DNA from: Octopus bimaculoides
Taxonomy: Eukaryota
Length of the DNA: 64,000 nucleotides
Assembly: GCF_001194135.2 (NCBI RefSeq)
Contig: NC_068992.1
Location: 66,450,851 to 66,514,850, forward strand
Direction: 5' to 3'
In this document: positions 40,512 to 52,752 of the stretch, in pieces
Numbering within the stretch: position 1 is the stretch's first letter
Layout of the letters: each line of letters opens with the position of its first letter
The notes under the pieces: generated by a model
The model's database searches: none
Told to the model about the DNA's origin: nothing
The model's input: only the letters and a program-made list of their open reading frames with translations
Program-made: the position numbers and the translations under genes

Positions 40512-40839
40512 ATTGAAGAAGGATTAATAAGGAACAAATTCAGTTGGATGGTGTTAAGGTGGGGATTAAAAGACCCAATATGTCACTGTCTCTACACATG
40601 TGGTATGATTGGAAACTGAGTGTTAGAAGCAAAATGGACAGAGATACACCCAAAATTCTATCATCATATTTATGTCTGTGTTTACAGTGGTTGCTTGGGT
40701 TGGCTGGGTGTATTCCAACACAGTATTTTGTCACTTGTAGTGACCTCTTTGTCCTCTTCATTCAGAGGACTGAGTCTTCACCACTTCATTTCATCTTTTC
40801 TCCCATTCTCCCTACTTTATGGATGCAGTTTTGTGATTA

Positions 40840-41120
40840 ATTCGTCTTTATGCAGCTGTTATCTTCCATGCGTATGTCACTGACCCATTCCCCTCCATGC
40901 AGTTGTCTCTGTTGCAACCTACAGCTGATTCCTCTTACATCCACTTCTTCTTTCAACTTATTTCTACTCCATCGTCCATGCACATTAACATTACAGATCC
41001 ACTGAAGCATACTTGCTTCATTTCTTACTAGTATTTGCAAATCTTCCGCATTCAAGGCCCATATCTGGCTACCATGTAGTGCCAAATTTTGTATACAAGC
41101 ATCATGCAATCTACCCTTTA
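40840..41120 (-). mobile_element. RTE-clade LINE ORF C-terminal fragment
   Basis: KGRLHDACIQNLALHGSQIWALNAEDLQILVRNEASMLQWICNV..RGISCRLQQRQL, matching the RTE pattern (L/M)L(Y/H)GSETW..ML(R)W..RLRW. Confidence 0.75.
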
Positions 41121-41124
41121 TGCA

Positions 41125-41275
41125 TCTTCTATGCTGGTATGTGTTGGATGGTTTGACAGGATCTGATAGGTGGGGGGTGGGGCCGACCACACTCCTCTGT
41201 CTGCTCTCTACAACTGGATGCCCTTCCAAATGTTGATGACCTTACAGAGTGCACTGGGTGCCTTTTTTGTTGCAC
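41125..41275 (-). mobile_element. RTE-type 3' tail fragment
   Basis: Reverse of ggaagggcatccagttgtag; same family as 42575-42700. Confidence 0.55.
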
Positions 41276-41786
41276 CAGTTATATTACAGAGAGAGAGAGA
41301 GAGCAGTGAATAATTCTGAATGCTATTATTGAATTTTCAAAACTGATGTCGTAAAATGTCTTTACGTTAAGTTTTCATTTTAAGTCCGCTTTAAGTTATT
41401 CATATCCACTTATCTATATAATTCTCTCCTTACATGACATACGAGTTTGTTTGTTTGGCAGGGTCTGTGACCTCCACCATTTTGATATAAACTTTGAAAA
41501 AATTGTCAGAATATTCCAAATACCTAAATGCATTCTATTTTTATAGCCTATTGCTGTCATGGACTCTACAAGCCAACAGCTGAAAGATCTTGCTAAGCAT
41601 TTTAGAAAAAGAAAAGTTGATATTTTGACAGCAATATTTTCCCTTTTTCTGGTTTATGTTTTAGTTGTTCTTCAAAATAAGTTCCTCTAACTTTGAGAAA
41701 CTTTTGAAGGTATTGAGAAAAGATTTCTGAATAATTAAGCAATTTTCATTAATTCGTTCAGTGATATTGTTTTTTTATTATTGTTT

Positions 41787-41832
<46 letters not shown>

Positions 41833-42522
41833 TTTTTATTACTGTTACATTAGTTTGATGTGTTATATATTTGGCTCTGTGTATTTTATCAGGAATCCCA
41901 TCTTGTGTAAACATTGAAATATTTCCCTCAACCTGACTTAACCAAGATGGTGCTAAACCAAGTGTGAGGTGAAGGAAGAGGAAAGAGAAAACTGTAGATG
42001 AAAGCATAGCATACCCATCTCCCTCTGCTGTTTTTGATTGAATGAAGTGTTTCCTGTAAACATTCTTAATGAAATGCTTCAGGTTTGGGATTAGTTGCCA
42101 GCTACCAGGAAGATTCGAAATTATGTCAGCATTATGAGGGAGGCAATGTAGCTTTTATTCTGTCTGTTTATTTTTTACTCTCAATGCACAAAATAAAACA
42201 GATTAAAAAAAAAAAAGCATAAATTTACTAAATAAACATTTCCCTGATGCACAGAGTGTATATTGAAATTTCTAATGGTGATGGCCATCATTGGAAACTG
42301 GAGACAGTTTGGAGATGTTTGCTTACTGCAAAAAAAAAAAAAAAGAAAATGCGGAATTATTTAGAGAACAATAAATCTTTATTATTGTAACTTAGTTAAA
42401 ATTACAGGAATGTTAGGTCCTTTTAAAAAGTCAAATGACATTTTAGGCCCTGAAATAATTAACAGCCACAAATTTCTTTTCTATAATAAGCATTTAGCTT
42501 ATGAGCACAGGTGTGTGTGAGA

Positions 42523-42559
<37 letters not shown>

Positions 42560-42574
42560 TTTATACTGTAAAGT

Positions 42575-42700
42575 GGATGGTGTTAAAAAGGCATCCAGCC
42601 GTAGAAACCATGCCAAAGCAGACATGATGCAATCCTTGGATGTATTGGATCCTGTAAAACTATCCAACCCATGCCAGCATGGAACATGGACGTTAAGTGA
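42575..42700 (+). mobile_element. RTE-type 3' end with (GAT)n tail
   Basis: aaggcatccagccgtagaaaccatgcc...cccatgccagcatggaacatggacgttaagtgatgat. Related ends at ~13950-14106 (+), ~24815-24942 (+), ~21758-21800 (-) and ~59925-59965 (-). Confidence 0.65.
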
Positions 42701-43078
42701 TGATTACATATGCAGGTGCGTGCACACACAACACGCGTGTGGGTTTGCATACATACACAAGTGAAGGGGTTAAATGTTAAATAAGGAAAATAATTTAATC
42801 CTTAACCCTTTGCTTTAAATAAATAATTAGATCCAATCCACTGACTCATTCATCCAATAGGGTACATAATTAACCCAATTGTCCCGCCTCACATTAAGAT
42901 GGTGGCCTTTTCTGACAGCTGCTGCTTTATATGTCAGCTTAATCTGATTACCTGTTTGTAAGGGCTTACTTCATGATGATGATTATTATGATGATGATGA
43001 TGATGATGATATGGATGATGGTGGTCTGGACAGTATTGTTATAGTACTTCATTTCTTTCTTTCTTCAATGTCACCGCA

Positions 43079-43124
<46 letters not shown>

Positions 43125-43201
43125 CCACACACATGTGCACAATTACAACGAAATCCAGTGGCAAATATGATTTCTTACTTCTAATTTCAAATCTCTCTCT
43201 C

Positions 43202-43252
<51 letters not shown>

Positions 43253-43724
43253 ATGTGTGTGTGTGTATTAAAATAAAGTTCCCATATTATTTTAAAGTAA
43301 GTTTAAGAATTACAACTGAACATTTACTGATGGGGTGCTATGTATTGATATCAACTCTAGGACCTCGTGTCTCTGAAGCAGATTCCTTAACCACACAGCC
43401 ATGTCTACACCTAGAACACTTAGAGCCAGGCTAAGTGAGAGGGAATGCCCCCCCCCATTGCAGTGTGTTGCAATGCATTGCTGCATTCACTATCTCTTGC
43501 TTTATTCCTTAGTCCTCTTGGGCAGCCTGTTGAGGCAGGGTATCAATCAGTTTCCATCTCTGTGAGATTCTGTCTCATGCCACATGTTGTCACCATGTGG
43601 CATGTGGTCGACCAACATGAGCTGTCATCCCAGCCAGACCCTCCTTGATGAGGACATAGAAAGCAGGGCCTAACTTGGGAAATCAAGCAACATGGCCAAA
43701 CAGTCTGAGGTGAGACTATTATAA

Positions 43725-43780
<56 letters not shown>

Positions 43781-43856
43781 TGCATATATTTGTATGTGTA
43801 TATATATGTATATACATTTACATTATATATGAGAGATGTGCTATGTGGCTTAAATG

Positions 43857-43895
<39 letters not shown>

Positions 43896-43897
<2 letters not shown>

Positions 43898-44666
43898 GGA
43901 CTCAAAGCAGAGACTGAATGATTTTTAATTGCAGCACAAAACCAAAGACTCCTCACCAGAAATTACCAAAAATTTGTAATGAAAAGAAACATAACAAGTA
44001 ACTGCAGAATATGTGGAGATGGACAAGAAACAATAAATCATATTATCTCTGGTTGCCCAGTCCTGGATAAGAAGGAGTATATTCACAGACACGACAGAGT
44101 TGGGACCTACATACACTGGAAGCTATGCCAACACTATGGAATAACAGAAAAAAGATGGTATAAGCACACGCCAGAAAAGGTCACAGAAAGCGAGAAAACA
44201 ACCATACTCTGGGGTATGCCAATATATACAGATAGAGAAATTAAGGCCAATAGACCAGATATAGTTGTCAGAGATGATGAAGGAAAAAAATGCTTTCTAA
44301 TTGATGTATTAATACCAGCAGATGACAACATTTCTCTAAAAGAAATGGAGAAACTTTCAAAATGCAAAGACCTGGAAAAAGAGGTAGCTTGAATGTGGAA
44401 TCTAAAAACAGAAACAATTCCTATCATAGTAGGCACATTAGGTATGATAAAAAAATATTCAGACAAATACATAACAAAAACACCAGGACTTACAAATATA
44501 TACAACATACAGAAAATTGCATTACTGGGCACTGCACACATCCTACGCAAAACATATTCAATACAGTAACCATAAGAGCATCACAGCAAACCACAGCACA
44601 TACCCAAGACACACAGAGCTGCGCTCGGTAGTGAAGTGAAAGCATGTTATAAAAATAAGACTACTG
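43896..44666 (+). mobile_element. 5'-truncated R4/Dong-clade non-LTR retrotransposon (CCHC knuckle plus restriction-like endonuclease), pseudogenised
   Basis: One frame reads KGLKAETE*FLIAAQ...CRICGDGQETINHIISGC...RHDRV...NRPDIVV...LIDV..P...EKLSKCKDL..*MWNLK..IPIIVGTLG...LGTAHILRK. ORF ends at TAA 44567-44569, then a ~100-bp 3'UTR. (AAT)n on both sides: 43861-43895 and 44667-44693. Confidence 0.88.
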
Positions 44667-44949
44667 AATAATAATAATAATAATAATAATAATTCTCTGC
44701 ATCTTTTAATGAGTGGAGAGTTGTAATTGCTAATTGTTACTCCCTAACATCCCTATCGCTCCTGGCACCCTTGCTACCATCTTCACCACCATTTTGTCTT
44801 CATTATGCCACCGTCGCCACCACCACTGCTGATAGCAACATTTTTACCATTTATTTTCTGTAGTTGAAACTGTTGATTCTGAAAGTAAGCTGTCTAATCT
44901 TAATTTCCTCACGCATAAAACATATTTCTTATTAGAAGAAAATCTCTTG

Positions 44950-44983
<34 letters not shown>

Positions 44984-45646
44984 TTCCCTTCCCCTTCACC
45001 CTTCATTACATAGTCTACAGATTTCTAGATTGAGACTGAGCCAGTATCACATACTTCATTAACAAACCTTGACCTTCCTCCTCACTCTGTTTTCTGCCAC
45101 TATTCAGTGTTGGGACATATTTATTTATCTGGCAAATACCAAAGGACAGTCATCATGGTTCTCTGTTAAAGAGATTCTTCTACTTAAACTAGTGAACTTT
45201 AAGCATAACAGTTTTTATTAATTTTTTTTTTTTCCCGTTTTTCATTCATTCAATTATTCATTCATAAATTTCTCCACTTCCTCACATGTTTTATATACAC
45301 TTGTTTTATATATACTTCACCATTTATCTTATACATGCTAACAGAGTTCAAGTTAAGGAATTCAAAATTATGGACTTTGTACTTTGGGAAACTATCTTGA
45401 GCAGTAAGTGCATAATATTGAATTCCTCTACTTGGAAGATCACAATAAAGTCTTCTGGATTATCATATTGAGTACTCTCTCTTTCTGTCTGTACAAACTA
45501 TTACGACTAACGTGCATGTGTGTGTGCATGCCCGCGCATACACGTGCTAAATTACTCCCAAATGGTATAATAGGTTTCTCAAAACTTCATTTTGCTGCCA
45601 ACATAGCAAGATATACCAAAGTTTTGTTGATTTATATTTCCATCTA

Positions 45647-45779
<133 letters not shown>

Positions 45780-45799
45780 CGCACATTTGTTATATTTTA

Positions 45800-46127
45800 G
45801 TTATTTCAGTCTTTGGACAGTGGTCAAGGGACTACTTTGAAGGGTTTAGTTGAACAAATTCACCTCTGTACATATTCTTAACTTCCATACTTATGCTGAA
45901 AGTTACTGGGACACAAACAAACCAGCATTGGTTGTCAAGCAGTCAGTGTGGGATAAACACAAAGGCACACATATATGACAAGCTTCCACACAATTTTCAT
46001 CTACCAAATTCATTCACAAGGCTAGGGCTGCTGTAGAAGACGCTTTCCCAAGGTGACGTCCAAGGTGCCACACGGTGGGACTGAACTCAAAACAGCATAA
46101 GCCTCTTAACCACACAGCCATGCCTGT
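45800..46127 (-). mobile_element. SINE family B with tail type 1
   Basis: Homologous to 15492-15898. Confidence 0.7.
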
Positions 46128-46131
46128 GCTA

Positions 46132-46284
<153 letters not shown>

Positions 46285-47329
46285 ACTGTATTGATCAGAC
46301 TATCAGATGTTGTTATACACTACTAGTCACTGTGTGATTCCTCACTTTGTTTCAGCTTTTGATTGATTCCTTGTCCTGCTGGCTAGATGTGTAGGCCAAT
46401 ATTACAGCTGATCTTGCCAATTGGTTTCATGTGAAATTATATAATGGTGTGTTAGGCAACAAACCAGTTATATAATATTCACTCGTCAGAGATAGCCAAC
46501 ATGGAAGGGGAAATGGCAACCTATACACAAGGAGTATATACATATATGTATATAATTTGTTCATTACTATTTACATCCATAATTTTGAGGAAACTACCTC
46601 ATGCTTAAGCAATATTACTGGCATCTCTGTGTGGATAATCTGTTAGTTCTGTATGACATATGCAGACTTATTCTGTACCTCAGTTCTACAGAACTTATTG
46701 CATTCATTTGAAATGTAATAACAAACACAGGTCATTGTTAACCAAAAGTCACATGAGAAGCTGTTATGTGGCTTTAGAAAAACCTCCTACTGTTAACAGT
46801 ATATGCATGCAAACACACTGCAGATTCTAGTATACAAGGAACGTGGCTTGTGTGATAAGCTGTTTTGTTTGGTGTCAATCTTACCGTTTTTGTATTTGAC
46901 TCCCTATAGTAGACTGGAAGCATAACAGCAGAACAATTCTCTGAGAGAGTAGGAACAGGGTTGGAATAAGAAAGGGAAAAAAAAGAAGAAAAACAAGAAA
47001 AAGAAAAAAGGAAATTTGTGAAAATTGTGATAATCCTTATCTCTTGAGATAACAAGTTTGTCAGTTTGTGGGAGGAGATACCTTTTGGTGGTGGCCGGGA
47101 AGAGCTGAACATATATACATAGATGTATGGATGACAAAGCTGTTCTCCTAAATTCATTATTTTCAAAATTTATGGAAACAAAGGCAATGGATTTTAGCAA
47201 AAATATGGTTATGAAATGGTTAATGAATCAGTAAAATAAAGCCTTGGAAATTTGGAAAACAAATGTGACTGGTTTGGGGTGGGTGGGGGTTTGCATTGCT
47301 GCTGATTATTTCTGGGTTTCTAAATGTCT

Positions 47330-47620
47330 TGTGGCTTAGTGGTTAGGGTATTTGACCCATGTAAAGTCATGAATTTGATTTCCAGTGGTGAGTTGTATCC
47401 TTGAGCAAGGCACTTTATATTGTGTTGCTCCAATCCACTCAGCTGGCAAAAATGAGTTGTACCTGTATTTCAAAGGTCACATTTTGTGTCATGCTGAATC
47501 TCCATGAGGACTACATTAAAGGTATGTGTGTTTGTGGAGTGCATGTTAATTTTACAAGCAGGCTGTTCCATTGATTGAATTGAATCAACTGCGACACTTC
47601 TTGTTGTAATTGAAGAAGTG
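47330..47620 (+). mobile_element. SINE family C
   Basis: gtggcttagtggttagggtatt..gagcaaggcacttta..gcatgttaattttacaagcaggctgttcc. Confidence 0.75.
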
Positions 47621-48008
47621 ACAGTTTTTTTTCCTTTCTTTCTAAATATCTACCACAGACCAAATCTGATGACAATTTCTAATATTATAGTGCAATCTGT
47701 CATTTCTTAGCGGTAGTCACCAGGTTAACGTTGTTTGTATCTGTTATATTTTACAGGCAAGAGTTTATATATTTTTTTTTTATATTTGTGATGTTGTTGA
47801 TGATGACTTTTTAGATGTGCGAATCAGCTGCAGAGATAATAATAATATGAACCTCCTGGATCTAGCAGAACTTAATTGAGGTATTTTTAGAAGGTCAAAC
47901 GTCAGCAAAAATTCTCAGGTAATTAACCTAAGACCTTTCTGTTTTAATTACTGAAATATGCAGGGCAGGAAGTTTGACACTTAACTGAACTCACCAACTA
48001 ATCCCAAC

Positions 48009-48062
48009 CTATTTGCTACATGATACGTAGTTGCTACATGATATCTATTTGCTACATGATAC
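48009..48062. repeat. 18-bp tandem repeat x3 (CTATTTGCTACATGATAC)
   Basis: Read directly. Confidence 0.85.
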
Positions 48063-48794
48063 ACTAAAATAAATAAAGAAAAGAGATGCATCTTTAAACC
48101 CTTTTCATATTGCAAGTTATTTTTTATATTTTTTATTTTTTCCTCCTGAAAATTTTCTTATTTTTATAACTTATCTCTTTGTTGGAGAATAGTTAAAATA
48201 TATTTGTAACACATACACTATATTAAACAAAATTCTTAACACAAATCCTCTCAGGGGCCTAGAAATGGCATTGGAAAACACTAAAGTGTATTCCTAGAAA
48301 TATGAAAAAAAACTTCTTCATCTACAAGTTTGTCTGGATTTGATACCAAGTCTATGGCATCTGCTCTTTGTGTGCGTGTGTGTGTGTGAGAGAGAGAGAA
48401 AGAGTGAGCATTAGTCAATTATTTTAAATGCAGTTTTTGCCTTTTTTTAAATCTTCATTTTTACCCCCCTCCTAAGTTGCAATGCTAGACAACGAGATAC
48501 CTTGCATGATGGTTACTGGAGTTAATGTTCAAGATAGGATATGGTGCTTATTTAATTTGTTTCATAGAATACTTTCTTAGGAATATCAGCATTGCTTGTG
48601 GATTTCCAATATTTCAACCACTGGGTTGCACTGTATTTTCTTTGGCAAGAATGATAGAAGAGTATCTGTATAACTGAGGCAGAACAAATACTACAAGGTA
48701 TTTCAGTTTGAAGGCACTGGTTTCTTGCTTTTCTTGTTTATGTCTGCATCTTTTACCCATCTATGTCAGAGAAAAATTTTACAACACACACACA

Positions 48795-48950
48795 TGCATG
48801 CAGGTACTTGGGTTTCTACAGTTTTCATCTACCAAATCCCACACAGGAAATGTTGGTCTACCCAAGACCATGGTCGATGAGACTTTCCCAAGGATTGAAC
48901 CCAGAACCATATGGTTGTAAAGTGAACTTGTTAAACATAAAGCCATGTTG
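48795..48950 (-). mobile_element. SINE family B core, ~190 bp upstream of the kinase exon acceptor
   Basis: cagttttcatctaccaaatcc..ttcccaagg..gaacccagaaccatatggttg. Confidence 0.6.
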
Positions 48951-49135
48951 TATAAAGTATTTTGTACGAGTTGTTGATTTGAGATTCATTTGAGATGTAA
49001 AGAGGAAGAGAAAACCAGTTTTAAAGGTTTGTGTATATTAAATATTTAGTATCAAATATTTAATATTAATATTAGTTATATATCTTAATATTAGTTTCTT
49101 AATAAAGTATGTCATTTTTCCATTTCTACTTGCAG

Positions 49136-49218
49136 ACTACCAATGAGTTTGTAAACCAAACTTTCATAAATCAAGTGTGAGAGAGCAGCAGTAGTGGTGG
49201 CCACATCAACAGCTCACC
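49136..49218 (+). other. 5'UTR part of the exon (exon 49136-49443), containing a short uORF ATG AGT TTG TAA at 49143-49154
   Basis: Acceptor tttttccatttctacttgcag|ACTACC. An acceptor here implies at least one upstream non-coding exon. Confidence 0.7.
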
Positions 49219-49443
49219 ATGGCAGCTTTAAACAAAGAACTTTATGGTTTTCTGATTGATGCTGAACTCGAACACTATTACAGTGCTCTGAAGAATGAGC
49301 TGAAAATATCCAGTCTGGCCCACTTAAAATATGTCCGAGACGAAGATCTTATCAATGTTGGCATGACAAAGCCTGAAATGCGTAGATTTAAGAAATATTA
49401 CAAGAAAGAGATACCTCAAGGAACTATCGGAAAGATTAAGAAG
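49219..49443 (+). CDS. Ack-like: First coding exon (75 codons, SAM domain) of an Ack-like/PR2 non-receptor tyrosine kinase (ACK/TNK family); remainder of the gene lies beyond the window
   Basis: MAALNKELYGFLIDAELEHYYSALKNELKISSLAHLKYVRDEDLINVGMTKPEMRRFKKYYKKEIPQGTIGKIKK resembles, from recall, the N-terminal SAM domain of Drosophila PR2/Ack-like (LYxFL..ELxxYY..KNELK..KY..DEDL..GxxxPExRR). Start context CACCATGG; phase-0 donor AAG|GTGAGT at 49443/49444; pyrimidine tract plus TGCAG acceptor ending at 49135. Confidence 0.88.
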
Positions 49444-50758
49444 GTGAGTTACTGAATTATAAATCAGCTTGTCATGTTCTTGACATTTCCTTTTCTTTAG
49501 CAGCAGATAATGAGTGCTATGTAGATTATTTTTCACATCACATCCTGCTTTCAAGAAATTAACCTTCATTTTGTTAAACTTCCTTTCCATTGGCTGAGAT
49601 ATAAACAAATAAATAAGCCCCCCCCCTCCTAACTGTTGCTGCAGTTGATATTTCTTAGTTCTAATGACCATTCTGACACTCACAGACCTCATTGGCTTCT
49701 CTATCTTCTTAAAGTTCTTTAGTGAAAAATTAACTTGAATGGGATTCAGATGAAAGTCTTTGGTTGAATTTAATTTTCTTGCTAATCCTAACTTCCACGA
49801 TGGAAACCCTAAGGCGATATTATTCCCTCAGTAGACAATACCCACCCAGTGCCTTCAGCAAATTTAAAAAGGTTAGTTTTGGTGTTAATTTTTTTTTTTT
49901 TTCAATAACTTACTAATTTTACTTTGATTAATGAATTTACAAATTTATTTCAAAGTTTTTTCATTTATTTATTTTATTTCATTTTTCGTCAAGTGGTGAT
50001 GTTTTTTTTCGATGAAGGTATATGCAATATAACACTATTGAAGTTATCTCTTTCTTTTATGTTGTCCTGACACAGATAAATATATGGAAGAATAATTGTG
50101 TTTATCCATTTTAGGGTGAAAATAATTACATCTGTGATTTAGAAGATTAGCATTCTTGTAATATATTCCTTGGTCTTATTTCTCTGAGGTAGCTAAAGTT
50201 GTTTGGTGGTCTTTCATTTTTTCATGTAGATCATGTCTAATTATGGTTGTTATTTAGCCCTAGGTTAGGTCTGAGGGTACATACCTATAGTTGAAGACAT
50301 TCCAGCCTCAATTCATCTTTTCTGTTCAGGCATAGTATATCTAGGACTACATTATTTAATGTCTTTTATTTAAAACGAATGGTACTATTTGAGGGACATC
50401 TGGTTGTTCTTTCTAGCAGATTGAATGATTGTGGAGATGTGTACTTATCATAAAGCAATAAGTGGCTAATCTGTGTTGTTCTTTAGCCCTAGGCTAGTCC
50501 TAATTGAGCAGAGTTATGATCAATGAAGTTCCATCCATGACAGTCACATCTTTTTGTATATTTACAGCTGTATTGTCTACTGTATCCTCATCTTTTTAAG
50601 ATGGCAAGATATGATTTAAGGGAGATTCAGCTGTTATTTCTAGGAGGTGGAGTGACCATATTGTCTCAAGGCTAATCTTTATTGTTGAGAAAAGTAGCAT
50701 CAGTTCCATTATGTTGATGAAATTTTAATTCATTTTTTGACATTATTATTATTATTAT

Positions 50759-50808
50759 TAGACACCTGATGAAGGCTGGAGGGTATATCAGCTGAAACGT
50801 TGTGTTAG
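50759..50808 (+). ncRNA. Minimal type I hammerhead ribozyme motif of a second Penelope-like family
   Basis: GACAC CTGATGA A GGCTG gagggtatat CAGCT GAAA CG TT GTGTT: stem I GACAC/GTGTT, stem II GGCTG/CAGCT, palindromic AACGTT. Confidence 0.7.
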
Positions 50809-50900
50809 CAACAAACAAGCTGAGGACAAATATCTGTCAAATATAAATAATGTAAATAATGTACATAATTCCTCATCTCTTAAATATAGAACTGTACTGC
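50759..50900 (+). mobile_element. Penelope-like element 3' end or pLTR remnant
   Basis: Hammerhead motif followed by a ~90-bp AT-rich tail ending tcttaaatatagaactgta; preceded by (ATT)n. Confidence 0.55.
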
Positions 50901-51596
50901 TTTTGTTTTAGACAGTTTTAAAAATAATGAAGAATTTACTGAAATAATTTATGTTCCAAACAGCAACTTAAAAATGAAAATAAAATTTTGTTGGAACTTT
51001 TAATTCAGATCACGTTAAAGCTGAAATTTGCTTCGTTGAACCTGTGGGTAGTCTTGGACAGGTTGATATCAAAAGAGTTAATCAAAAGGTTTATCCAAAA
51101 TTATGTTGGAATTTTTGCCTGTTGACATCAGCTTAATTTGGGTAGATTTTAGGTAATTTTGAAACTTAGAATCAGGGCTGAAAGTGAAAGAGTTAAGTTA
51201 TTCTCATAAAAACCAAAGTTTATAAAAATGGAATTGCTTCATTCTCATATTTTTTATCCTAAACAGTATGTTCTTCACTTTTGGTGTTGACACTGGCAAA
51301 ATTGTAGCAAGTCCTTAGTTAATTAAAATCTTTACTCTTATGGTTAAATCATTATCTAAATTACTAAATCTGGTCTAAATGTGGCAGGGGACTCAGCCTT
51401 GGAAGTTAATTAATTAATTAAATATGGAAAACTGTGGGACCTAATTCTGTACTTTACACTATATTTCAATCAGTCCACTCTTTGTCCATTTGATGGTTTA
51501 TTTCTACACACGCACGCATGCGCGTGTCTTCCCCCCCCCCCCCCAATACTCATGCATATACAGCTCCACAAACGTACATGCACATTTCCTTCTTAA

Positions 51597-51817
51597 CCCT
51601 TTTGATACCAACCTGCCTGAGACTGTACCTGGTTCTATGACATACAGTCCATGTTTCAAGTGATCGAAATTAAAACATTTCATAAAAATTTCATGTTAAT
51701 TTGTGCTCCAGACATCAGCTTAATAATGATGAATCTATTTTATTAAGTTCTTCTTCATTTTCAAAATTGAGTGAAACAAAAGCAATGTATTCCAACAAAA
51801 ATATAGTAACCAAAGGG
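51597..51817. mobile_element. piggyBac-type MITE
   Basis: TTAA|CCCTTTTGATAC...TAGTAACCAAAGGG|TTAA. Related decayed copies at ~4374-4570, ~7133-7200 and ~50905-51080. Confidence 0.75.
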
Positions 51818-52532
51818 TTAAAATTTGTTTCTTGAATATGATTAGAAAAATCTTCCAATAGAAACAAAAAGATGTTTCTAATGGTTTTGGAGTTAGGTCA
51901 GTTTCAGTTATTTTAAAATAAATACCACTGATATTGAAACATGAAGGAAATTCTTTGTCTGGGTAATGAAAAAAAGTAGTTGTTTTTATTGAATTTTGTT
52001 TGAGGTTTAATGAAAGGAAAGTATAAGTTTAATGATGTGACTGGTTTATTGTAAATGTGGACTGACTGGTTGAGAAACGCTACCCTGGGAACATATACAA
52101 ATTTATACACCTGTTCAGGCACACGCACAGACAACACTCTTCTCTCAAGTTGTGTGTCTAAAGAGAAAGGAACAGGTCAAAAGCTTTCATTATCTTAGGT
52201 GACTTTCATTATCTTAAGTTTAAGTAATGGAGATGTTGTATTACTCAAATATGAAAGACCTTCCTCTCACAATATAGAAACAATTTTCATGGCACTAGCA
52301 GACAAAATGGAAGAGGCATTGCTCCAGATGATAGCAAGGGAAGTGTGCTGGAGTAGCCACTCTGACTTGTGGGGCTCACACTTGCAGACAGCAATTTCTG
52401 CCCCTGTTAGTGGTGAACAGGGAAATGGCCCACGGACCAAGAATGCTGGAGGTCTCAACTGCCACAGGCTCAACCATAAACCTGTCAGAGAGCGACCAAT
52501 GCATTGACTGTTTTTTTTCTTTTTCTCACTCA

Positions 52533-52717
52533 AATTAGGACTTTGGTTTTAGCTAGGCTAACTCTAAGGCCTTTTTGATTCTAATCCTTGCTTCCACACC
52601 TGAAACTTCTCCTCTAGTTCTGATAGTGACTCAGCAATTAGAGCAAGGTCATCAGCATAGAAGAGCTCCCAGGGGCATCCTGCCTTGAATTCCTCTGTTA
52701 TTCCCTGGAGGACTATG
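52533..52717 (-). mobile_element. RTE-clade LINE reverse transcriptase fragment
   Basis: IVLQGITEEFKAGCPWELFYADDLALIAESLSELEEKFQVWKQGLESK, frameshift, GLRVSLAKTKVLI; contains the YADD motif. Confidence 0.85.

Positions 52718-52752
<35 letters not shown>

Noticed and set aside
52199-52533. 102-aa (+) and 88-aa (-) ORFs as exon 2 of the kinase
   Set aside because: No kinase-family motif and no convincing acceptor/donor pair; adjacent to an RTE fragment and probably repeat-derived.
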